Shown piece after piece: positions 40,053 through 47,620 of a stretch of DNA of 64,000 nucleotides. The notes below the pieces were generated by a model. That model was given only the letters and a program-made list of their open reading frames with translations, was not told the origin of the DNA and ran no database searches. Made by a program: the position numbers and the translations under genes. The DNA is from an uncultured Bacillales bacterium (GTDB taxonomy: Bacteria; Bacillota_I; Bacilli_A; RF39; UBA660), in the NCBI GenBank assembly GCA_948433085.1, contig CAOJDP010000002.1, positions 13,579 through 77,578 of the forward strand, in the 5' to 3' direction. Within the stretch, counting starts at the first letter, position 1. Every line of letters begins with the position of its first letter.

Positions 40053-40656
40053 AACGCAAGCCGATGTTGACTTAATAAAATTAGACCCAACTAATGCTAA
40101 TAATAAAGGTGCTTATAATTATACTGACTTAAATAGAATTGAAAATAATTGTAAATATGTAATGAATCTACTAAATAATAGTGGATTATTTTATTATCCA
40201 ATAATAGTCGAAACAAAGACGGATTGGACGATGAAAGATATTCCTCATATTAAAGATATAAATAGAATAAGAAAAAATATTATTACTTTAATAAATGGGG
40301 TTAATTTAGGTGATGAATATAAAGAAATAGAATTTAGTAATACGATGGATTATATAAAAGCTAATATACTTGAAAAAGACTTAGAATTAGTTAAAAATTT
40401 GATGGCTTCGTGTAAAAGAGAAGTTCAAAAATGCAATATGTTTTTTTGTGGAACTAGAGGGCTATATGCTTTACCAAGTGAAAATGAAGTTTATAGTAAA
40501 TTTGGTGAGATGAAAAAATATGTTGGTACATTCTATAGTGGAACTAATGGTATTGGATTGTATTCTAAGCCTAATGAAAATGAAGAAATTGTTGGCTTCA
40601 TAAAAATCCAACAATATACAGGTTTGATATGTTGTGGAAAGGAGTTTAATTTATGA
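40027..40656 (+). CDS. tail-associated hypothetical protein
   Basis: AGGTG RBS; position. Confidence 0.35.
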   Translation: MWQKPIYDRTQADVDLIKLDPTNANNKGAYNYTDLNRIENNCKYVMNLLNNSGLFYYPIIVETKTDWTMKDIPHIKDINRIRKNIITLINGVNLGDEYKEIEFSNTMDYIKANILEKDLELVKNLMASCKREVQKCNMFFCGTRGLYALPSENEVYSKFGEMKKYVGTFYSGTNGIGLYSKPNENEEIVGFIKIQQYTGLICCGKEFNL

Positions 40657-42230
40657 AACAATATGTAAAAACGGATTGGAAAGATAGATTAGTTCAATTT
40701 CCTAATAGGTATAAAGACCAAAATAATAATGTTATAACCTTAACTCAAGACCCGGGAGAAGTAGCCCAAGATGGAACAATGGTTGAAGCTAAGGTGATGA
40801 ATAATATTGAAGAGGGAATTGAACATCTATTTGAAAATCGAAGTTTTGGTTATACTAAAACTTTACTTGTGGCTAACTGGACTAAAAACGCTAGTACAGG
40901 ATACTACGAATATGATATAATAGATGAGAACATTACAGCTCAAACTATTGTTGATGGAATGTTAGATATTGAAAATCAAGCTAAGCTAAATATTTCCTAT
41001 ACTGAATCTTACTTAGGAGGTTTTAAAGTAATTACTACTGAATTACCGAATGAAGAAATTAGTATAACATTCAAATATTCTTTATTGAATAGTGATGATA
41101 AAAATTTAGTTGCTCGAGGAACAATCAATGTGAGTTCTAAAGATACCGATAACTTAAATAAAGTTTATGGTATTAGGAGGTCACTAACAACTTCATCATC
41201 TTCTTGGGAAAGAATCAAAGACGCTGTAGGACTTGTAGCTCACGCTCAAGTAGGGACAACGCCTGTAAGAAATGATTTTGATGAAATATATCCGTGGAGT
41301 GATATTATCTCTTATAACTATGATACGACCGCTCGACAAGTCACAGCGTATTATGGTGACCCAACTTTTAAATTTGATGGTAGTAATGGTGATGTTTTGA
41401 CCAAGATACCTGAGTTTTATTGGAGGAGATATAGAGATAGTAATTATGAATATATTTTAATTTCAAAGAAAAAGTTAGCTGGATTTGTTAAGAGTGAAGA
41501 GTTCTCAGTAGGTCGTTATACTATGTCAGGCTCAAGTTCTAGGGTTTATAGTAGAAGTGGATATGCACCTCTTACTAATGTTAATATAACAAACTTTAGA
41601 AATTATGCTAGAGCTTTGGGAAGTGGATTCGGACAAATGGATTGGCATTATTTTATTTTACAAATGTTGTATCTAGTAGAATATGCTGATTATAATAGCC
41701 AATCTAAATTAGGTAAAGGCTATACTAATGGCTCTCACACAGCTCCTGTAAATAGTGGAGGTTGTGATAGACTTGGAATGAAGTCAGGAAGTGTTGATGG
41801 TACTGATAATACTTCTATGATTTATAGAGGTATAGAAGACATCTTCGGTAATGTATGGCAATTTATTGATGGAATAAATATTAGGAATAGTCAAACCTAT
41901 ATATGTTATGACGCTAATAAATATGCTGTAGATACTTTTAGTGGAAGTTATAAAGCTTTAGGTTATACTAATGCTCCAACTGAGGGATACGCTTCTAAGC
42001 TAGGTTATGATTCCGCTAATCCAATGGTAGCTATTACTACTGAGGCAACTGGAAGTACATCTACTAATATGTGTGATTATTTCTATAGGTCAGCTGATGG
42101 AGATAGAATAGCTCTTGTCGGCGGTGGATATGGCCATGGACTTAGTGCTGGCTTGTGGTTGTGGTCGGTTACTGTGGCTTCGTCTAGCTTGAACTCTTAT
42201 TGCGGTGCTCGACTTCTTAAAACCAGCTAA
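40653..42230 (+). CDS. tail fibre / receptor-binding protein with C-terminal FGE-sulfatase (C-type lectin-fold) domain; DGR target gene
   Basis: GIEDIFGNVWQFIDG resembles the FGE/DUF1566 GNVWEW motif; the C-terminal 35 aa LVGGGYGHGLSAGLWLWSVTVASSSLNSYCGARLL are encoded by the VR. Confidence 0.7.
   Translation: MKQYVKTDWKDRLVQFPNRYKDQNNNVITLTQDPGEVAQDGTMVEAKVMNNIEEGIEHLFENRSFGYTKTLLVANWTKNASTGYYEYDIIDENITAQTIVDGMLDIENQAKLNISYTESYLGGFKVITTELPNEEISITFKYSLLNSDDKNLVARGTINVSSKDTDNLNKVYGIRRSLTTSSSSWERIKDAVGLVAHAQVGTTPVRNDFDEIYPWSDIISYNYDTTARQVTAYYGDPTFKFDGSNGDVLTKIPEFYWRRYRDSNYEYILISKKKLAGFVKSEEFSVGRYTMSGSSSRVYSRSGYAPLTNVNITNFRNYARALGSGFGQMDWHYFILQMLYLVEYADYNSQSKLGKGYTNGSHTAPVNSGGCDRLGMKSGSVDGTDNTSMIYRGIEDIFGNVWQFIDGINIRNSQTYICYDANKYAVDTFSGSYKALGYTNAPTEGYASKLGYDSANPMVAITTEATGSTSTNMCDYFYRSADGDRIALVGGGYGHGLSAGLWLWSVTVASSSLNSYCGARLLKTS
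42110..42214 (+). repeat. DGR variable repeat (VR)
   Basis: Shares conserved blocks ctcttgtcggcggt / gctggcttgtggt / gcttcgtcta / ggtgctcgact with the downstream cassettes; differs from cassette 5 (segment 1) and cassette 4 (segments 2-3) only at their adenines. Confidence 0.8.
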
Positions 42231-42232
42231 AC

Positions 42233-42278
42233 GGGGGTTTGGGGGCGGTCAGCCTCCCATCAATCGACGAAGTCGATT
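42233..42278 (+). promoter_or_regulatory. VR-proximal G/C-rich element (gggggtttgggggcggtcagcctccc) plus hairpin aatcgac-gaa-gtcgatt; candidate IMH / target-recognition structure
   Basis: Only GC-rich tract in the region; perfect 7-bp stem with GAA loop at 42262-42278; absent after the TR-like cassettes. Confidence 0.5.
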
Positions 42279-42340
42279 ATAAAATAAAATTACCTTATAG
42301 GGAATGATGTGTAGTTGAGCACTTGACTAGCCGACAAGTT

Positions 42341-43081
42341 CTCTTGTCGGCGGTTATCACAATGAGCTTTTGAAAAGTGGACTCTTTTGTTTCTTTTTGT
42401 CCTCGCTTTCTTCGTACTCGGGTGGTTGCGGTGCTCGACTTCCTATATTGGGATTTGATGTGTTTTGTACTGATTTAGTGCGTATTTTGATGAGCTCTTG
42501 TCGGCGGTAATTATGCTAATACTTTGAAAGCTGGCTTGTGGTATTGGAATTTCAACGAGGCTTCGTCTAATGCGTGGACTAACATCGGTGCTCGACTACT
42601 TAATTTGTTCTTTGGGACTTGGTGTGTATGAGTGCCTTTAGCGTTGACTTTTCTTGTCGGCGGTCGTTGGATAGATGAGATGAAATGTGGTTTGTGGTGT
42701 TTTACTTTTGATGACGCTTCGTCTATTGCCAATGTTAGTCGAGGTGCTCGACTTATTATATGGGATTTGATGTGTCTAGGGCACTCTTCTAATTGGGTTA
42801 GAACTCTTGTCGGCGGTGCTTGGAACAATGATTCTAGGGCTGGCTTGTGGTTATGGTCGGTTAATGTGGCTTCGTCTAACTTGAACTCTAATTGCGGTGC
42901 TCGACTTATTATATTTAAGATACACATTAAGGGATTTGGTGTGTTTGGTACTGGTGTTTACCTTTACATATCCTTTAGCTCTTGTCGGCGGTAGATATGA
43001 CAATGGACTTAATGCTGGCTTGTGGTATTGGAATGTGAACAATGCTTCGTCTAACTCTAGTGTAAACATCGGTGCTCGACC
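42341..43081 (+). repeat. tandem array of five DGR template-repeat-like cassettes (R1 42341-42440, R2 42495-42597, R3 42651-42753, R4 42804-42906, R5 42979-43081)
   Basis: About 103-bp units about 155 bp apart; each encodes a variant of LVGG-x7-AGLW-x-W-x5-ASS-x6-GARL rich in AAY (Asn) codons; R1 is T-rich and frame-disrupted; spacers share gggatttgatgtgt. Confidence 0.75.
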
Positions 43082-43228
43082 ACTTATATTATTAAAATAC
43101 TTACACATCATCTTCCTCAGCCCTTGCTGAAAATTAGTCGTTATGGGTTGCTTTAGTAGGTTTATCTCCTGAAAGATGGAATTTCTCGAAAGAGTGGCAG
43201 GCAAATATAAGAATTTGGTGACAAACGA

Positions 43229-44299
43229 ATGAAAAGAAAAGGATTTATTTATGAAAAAATAGTTGAGTTAGACAATATTGAATCAGCAATTTATAAAGCT
43301 AGTATAGGAAAAGGTAAGAGAAAAAATGTTGAAAAGATATTAGATTCTCCTACTTATTACGCTATGCAAGTACAAAAAATGTTGAAAGAAAAAAATTATG
43401 TTCCTAGTCCTTATATAGAAATGAAGATAAGAGATGGAGCTAATAAAAAAGAAAGAATAATTTATAAACCTAGATTCTATCCCGACCAAGTCGTACACTG
43501 GGCTTTAATGCTACAAATAGAGCCAATACTTTATAAAGGTATGTATGAGCTATGCTGTGCGTCTATTAAAGGTAGAGGAATCCAAAGGGGAATGAAATAT
43601 TTAAAAAGAATATTAGTTCAAGATAGGAAATATACTAAATATTGTTTAAAGCTCGATGTTAAAAAGTTTTATCCTAGTGTTGATAAGGATATACTAAAGT
43701 CTAAATTTAGAAAGATTATTAAAGACCAAGATACACTTAATTTAATTGATATAATTATTGATAGTGGTAAAGAGGGATTGCCGATAGGTAATTATACCTC
43801 TCAATGGTTTGCCAATTTTTACTTGAAAGATTTAGACCATTATATTAAAGAAGTATTGAAAGTTAAATACTATATCCGCTATATGGACGATATGGTACTA
43901 TTTTCTAATAACAAGAAAGAATTGAGAAAGGTTAAATATGCTATTGATGAATTTTTAACTAAGGAAAAATTAGTTATAAAAGAAAATTGGCAATTATTTA
44001 AAACTGAATCAAGACCAATCGACTTTTTAGGATATAGATTTTATAGAGGATATACTACTTTAAGGAGAAGCAACTTTTTGCGTATTAAAAGAAGAGCAAA
44101 AAGAATCTCTAAAAAAGATGAATTAAATTTCAAAGACGCTTCCGCTATGCTTAGCTATAGTGGTTGGCTGAAACATTGTGATTCATTTAATTATCAACAA
44201 AAGTACATTAAACCATATATTGATTACAAAAAATGTAAGGAGGTTGTAAGAAATGAAAACAAAAAGTACAATAGCTCCCGAAAAATTCAAAATAGGTGA
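43229..44299 (+). CDS. DGR reverse transcriptase
   Basis: RT motifs including YIRYMDDMV (YMDD box) and the DGR-specific IGNYTSQWFANFYL; 356 aa; about 130 nt downstream of cassette R5. Confidence 0.85.
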   Translation: MKRKGFIYEKIVELDNIESAIYKASIGKGKRKNVEKILDSPTYYAMQVQKMLKEKNYVPSPYIEMKIRDGANKKERIIYKPRFYPDQVVHWALMLQIEPILYKGMYELCCASIKGRGIQRGMKYLKRILVQDRKYTKYCLKLDVKKFYPSVDKDILKSKFRKIIKDQDTLNLIDIIIDSGKEGLPIGNYTSQWFANFYLKDLDHYIKEVLKVKYYIRYMDDMVLFSNNKKELRKVKYAIDEFLTKEKLVIKENWQLFKTESRPIDFLGYRFYRGYTTLRRSNFLRIKRRAKRISKKDELNFKDASAMLSYSGWLKHCDSFNYQQKYIKPYIDYKKCKEVVRNENKKYNSSRKIQNR

Positions 44300-44744
44300 T
44301 AGAAAGGGCAACTTAATAGAGGTTGCTTTTTTTGATGATGTAAAGGAGATTCAAGAGGAAGAATCAACTCAGTATGAATATAGTGTTTATACTATCAAAA
44401 CCATCTATAGAGAAGATTTAGAGAGTTATATAAATGGTAATTATGAAGACTATTTAGCACTAGCTAAGGAAACTGATTATCAGTTAGAAGCTAGTAAAGT
44501 TAGAGAAAAAAGAAATGAGCTCTTGGCTGATAGTGATAAGTTTTTATTACTTGATAGACTAGGAATATCTTTACCTAGTGAAATTACAGCAACTACACTA
44601 TTATCTTCTATTAAAGATTTCTTTGATAATTTAAAAGAAGTATTAAATGGTGATTGGGCTGAATATAGGCAAAAGTTAAGAGATTTGACTAAACAAGAGG
44701 GATTTCCTTATAATGTTGAATTTCCTGAAAAGCCTGAGGAATAG
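44253..44744 (+). CDS. hypothetical acidic phage protein (not Avd-like)
   Basis: AGGAGG RBS; overlaps the RT 3' end by 47 nt. Confidence 0.4.
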   Translation: MKTKSTIAPEKFKIGDRKGNLIEVAFFDDVKEIQEEESTQYEYSVYTIKTIYREDLESYINGNYEDYLALAKETDYQLEASKVREKRNELLADSDKFLLLDRLGISLPSEITATTLLSSIKDFFDNLKEVLNGDWAEYRQKLRDLTKQEGFPYNVEFPEKPEE

Positions 44745-44759
44745 TGAGGGAGGATAATT

Positions 44760-45158
44760 ATGAATATTATAGGTGCAATTAAAGTAGGCTTAACAGCCTT
44801 TATTACTTGGATTGGTTGGTTAGTTGGAGGATATGATACTATGATGGTGACATTATTACTATTTATGTGTGCTGATTATATATCAGGTATCTTATGTGGT
44901 ATATCTAATAAAGAGTTATCAAGTGAAGTAGGATTCAAAGGAATTGCTAAAAAGATTATGATTCTTTTATTAGTAGGAGCAACTAATTTACTGGGACAAG
45001 CTACAGGTATTGAGGGATTACGATATATTGTTATCTCTTTTTATTTAGCTAATGAGGGTATCTCTATTATAGAAAATGCTTCTATACTAGGATTGCCAGT
45101 ACCACAAAAGATTAAAGATGTGCTAGAACAACTAAAAAATACATCAAACGAAAAATAA
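44760..45158 (+). CDS. holin
   Basis: 132 aa, TM helices and charged C-terminus, directly upstream of the endolysin; resembles the phage_holin_4_1/TcdE-like family. Confidence 0.65.
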   Translation: MNIIGAIKVGLTAFITWIGWLVGGYDTMMVTLLLFMCADYISGILCGISNKELSSEVGFKGIAKKIMILLLVGATNLLGQATGIEGLRYIVISFYLANEGISIIENASILGLPVPQKIKDVLEQLKNTSNEK

Positions 45159-45171
45159 ATAATTGATAAGA

Positions 45172-45201
45172 AAGAGGGCTAGAGATAGCTCTTTTTTTTA
45201 T
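45172..45201 (+). terminator. rho-independent terminator (agagggcta-gaga-tagctct-T8), related in sequence to the one at 24140
   Basis: Hairpin plus T8. Confidence 0.5.
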
Positions 45202-45234
45202 ATAAATTTTTTTCATTGAAAAGGAGGAATAGAA

Positions 45235-45375
45235 ATGGAAGAAAAAGAAGTAGTTGTTAAAGAAACAACAAAAGAAGAAATTGAAGAATTGGAAGTACAA
45301 ACAACTTTCAATGAAGATGGAATCGACATTTTAGTAGAGGATGGTGAAGTTGAAAATGAATATAAGAACGACTAA
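45235..45375 (+). CDS. small acidic protein (46 aa) overlapping the endolysin start
   Basis: Strong RBS AAGGAGGA 7 nt upstream; ends by overlapping the lysin ATG at 45356. Confidence 0.3.
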   Translation: MEEKEVVVKETTKEEIEELEVQTTFNEDGIDILVEDGEVENEYKND

Positions 45376-46219
45376 ACCGGGAGCTGGCAATAAGTTTTAT
45401 ATTACAAAGTCTAAAGGGGGATATTCTAGTTGCATACAGGGAAGTCCTACTGATAGTCAATGTAATGTATTAGCTAATTGCGTTGGGTATGCTTGTGGAA
45501 GATTTAATGAAATTATTGGAAGTATGAAGTACCCATCATTAAATTGCAACGCTGAAAACTTTATTGAAAGAGCTAGAAATACTTATGGCTTAGAAATATC
45601 TCCAGTACCAACTCTAGGCGGTATTATGGTATGGCAAAAAGGTGCAACACTAAGCGGAAACGATGGTGCGGGTCATGTAGCTGTTGTTGAAAAGATTATA
45701 GATAGCAATACTATTTATACAAGTGAATCAGGTTATGGCTCAAGTGCTTTTTGGAATAGTACAAGAAGAAATAGTAATGGTAGATGGGGACTAGGTAGCG
45801 GTTATACTTTTAGAGGTTGTATTGTGAATCCAGCTATAGGAAAAATTACAGCACCTACTACTAATACTAGCAATACTGATATAGCTAATAAGTCAGTAGA
45901 TGAGTTAGCTAGAGAAGTTATAGCTGGTAAATATGGAAATGGTGACGCTCGTAAAAGTGCCCTAGGCTCAAGATATAGTGAAGTACAAGCGAAAGTAAAT
46001 GAGATGTTAGCTGGTAATAGTACACCTTCAGCACCAACTCCAGCACCAAAACCACAAGTAGATATTCTTGAATTAGTTAAGAAAACTATTAGAGGTGACT
46101 TTGGTAATGGAGAAGCTCGTAGAAAAGCTTTAGGCTCTAATTATGATGAAGTACAAAGACAAGTAAATCTTAACCTTAAAAATGGTTTAACTAGATGGGA
46201 TAATATAAAATTATTTTAA
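45341..46219 (+). CDS. endolysin: CHAP domain + two CW_7 cell-wall-binding repeats (start possibly at ATG 45356)
   Basis: NCVGYACGR (Cys) ... GHVAVVEKI (His) CHAP pattern; two repeats of (A/R)G.(Y/F)GNG.ARR/K.ALG..Y..VQ..VN typical of CW_7. Confidence 0.8.
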   Translation: MVKLKMNIRTTKPGAGNKFYITKSKGGYSSCIQGSPTDSQCNVLANCVGYACGRFNEIIGSMKYPSLNCNAENFIERARNTYGLEISPVPTLGGIMVWQKGATLSGNDGAGHVAVVEKIIDSNTIYTSESGYGSSAFWNSTRRNSNGRWGLGSGYTFRGCIVNPAIGKITAPTTNTSNTDIANKSVDELAREVIAGKYGNGDARKSALGSRYSEVQAKVNEMLAGNSTPSAPTPAPKPQVDILELVKKTIRGDFGNGEARRKALGSNYDEVQRQVNLNLKNGLTRWDNIKLF

Positions 46220-46227
46220 ATTAAAAG

Positions 46228-46260
46228 AGGCTAGCCTTAGTTGGTTAGCTTCTTTTTTTT
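46228..46260. terminator. terminator hairpin + T9 between convergent lysin and Cys-rich genes
   Basis: gaggctagcc..ggttagcttc stem followed by T9 (the T-run also encodes the KKK end of the minus-strand gene). Confidence 0.45.
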
Positions 46261-46709
46261 TGCTCTAATTTAAAAATATAGTCCTGACCGAAAGTTTTTA
46301 TAAATTCTTCTCTAGTATGCGTTTTTAAATATTCTTTCTCAAACATAACTTTATAAAATAGATTAAACATAATATCATTGTGGAATACATCGTGACACTT
46401 TTTACAAAACGGACATACCATACCAAGTCTAATAGATATTTGACGATATGCTCCCTCAAAAACTTCATTCTTTTCTATACCTGTTTTAGAGCCACAATTA
46501 CAGCATTTAGTTAAATCAGGATAGATTATACTAAATCTTTCTTTTTCTCTCTTAGATTGCTTGTTTGTGCGTGATTTGAGTGTCTTTTTTTCTTTGTATT
46601 CTATTTCATCACAACCTTTGCAAAATAGAGGTACTTCTTTTTTAAATTTTACACAATATCCATATTTGATTCCTTTTTTACTTCTTATCCTATGATTCTT
46701 ACATTTCAT
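46245..46709 (-). CDS. Cys-rich (putative zinc-binding) basic protein at the prophage right end
   Basis: CKGC, CCNCG, CPFCKKCH clusters; lies inside the candidate attR. Confidence 0.45.
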   Translation of the reverse strand: MKCKNHRIRSKKGIKYGYCVKFKKEVPLFCKGCDEIEYKEKKTLKSRTNKQSKREKERFSIIYPDLTKCCNCGSKTGIEKNEVFEGAYRQISIRLGMVCPFCKKCHDVFHNDIMFNLFYKVMFEKEYLKTHTREEFIKTFGQDYIFKLEQKKRS

Positions 46710-46722
46710 ATTTAGACCTCTT

Positions 46723-46734
46723 TTCTAGGTACTA
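46723..46734. repeat. candidate attR core (ttctaggtacta)
   Basis: Exact 12-bp copy of 9592-9603. Confidence 0.5.
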
Positions 46735-46877
46735 AATAGTGACTAAGAACTTGGAAATGTATTACTTTGTTGTACTTTATATAACATTAAACAGCTTGTA
46801 ATTACTACAAATGACATAGTATAGCTTTTAACCTACTTTTATGATATAATAATATCAAGTATATTATGGAGGTAGTT

Positions 46878-47615
46878 ATGGCAAAACAAAATATTGCAAT
46901 TCGTGTTGAAAATATGACCAAAGAATTCAAAGTGTTTTATGATAAACCAAGTACGTTAAAAGAACGATTAGTTTTTTGGAATAAAAAGAAAAGTGAGAGT
47001 AGAAAAGTATTAAATCGGATTGATTTAAATATAAAAAAAGGGGAAACAGTTGCTTTAATAGGAACAAATGGAAGTGGAAAAAGTACATTGCTTAAATTAA
47101 TGACCAAAATTATATACCCAACAAAAGGGAAAATTACAACCTATGGAAAACTAACTTCGTTGTTGGAATTAGGTGCGGGATTTCATCCTGATTTTACAGG
47201 AAGAGAAAATATTTATTTCAATGCTTCTATATTTGGATTAACCAAAAAAGAAATTGAAAAAAGAATGGATGAAATTATTCAGTTTTCGGAGTTGGAAGCA
47301 TTTATCGATAGTCCTGTGCGTACCTATTCTTCAGGAATGTATATGAGGCTTGCCTTTTCGGTTGCGATTAATGTAGATGCGGAGATCTTGTTGATTGATG
47401 AAATATTAGCAGTTGGAGATCAACATTTTCAGGATAAATGTTTTGCGAAGTTACAAGAATTAAAGAATCGTAATAAAACAATCGTGATTGTAAGTCATGC
47501 TTTAGATTCCATTAAAGTATTATGTGATAGAGCTGTGTGGATTTATAATGGGGAAGTAAAAATGGATGGAAAAGTAGAAGAAGTTGTGGAAGAATATATT
47601 AAAGTTTGTGGGTGA
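46878..47615 (+). CDS. ABC transporter ATP-binding protein, TagH/Wzt-like (glycopolymer export)
   Basis: Walker A GTNGSGKST, ABC signature, Walker B; GGAGGT RBS; followed by an ABC-2 permease. Confidence 0.8.
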   Translation: MAKQNIAIRVENMTKEFKVFYDKPSTLKERLVFWNKKKSESRKVLNRIDLNIKKGETVALIGTNGSGKSTLLKLMTKIIYPTKGKITTYGKLTSLLELGAGFHPDFTGRENIYFNASIFGLTKKEIEKRMDEIIQFSELEAFIDSPVRTYSSGMYMRLAFSVAINVDAEILLIDEILAVGDQHFQDKCFAKLQELKNRNKTIVIVSHALDSIKVLCDRAVWIYNGEVKMDGKVEEVVEEYIKVCG

Positions 47616-47620
47616 AATAT

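Larger units (their letters stand above)
9592..46734. mobile_element. integrated siphovirus-like prophage (~37.1 kb) carrying a DGR
   Basis: Integrase at the left end, full lysogeny/replication/packaging/head/tail/lysis gene order, and a 12-bp direct repeat ttctaggtacta at both ends. Confidence 0.75.

Noticed and set aside
42341-43081. Regularly spaced ~100-bp repeats about 155 bp apart that could be mistaken for a CRISPR array
   Set aside because: The units are too long. The intervening 'spacers' are related to each other. The units are coding-derived and homologous to the tail-fibre 3' end, there are no cas genes, and a DGR RT is adjacent.
42511-43204. Four ORF-track ORFs (42511-42927 -, 42632-42994 +, 42851-43204 -, 42897-43130 +) overlapping each other on both strands
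   Set aside because: They lie entirely within the DGR cassette array. The frames are open because each cassette is a coding-derived repeat, and the cassettes and spacers alternate frames and strands. They are treated as non-coding template repeats, not genes.
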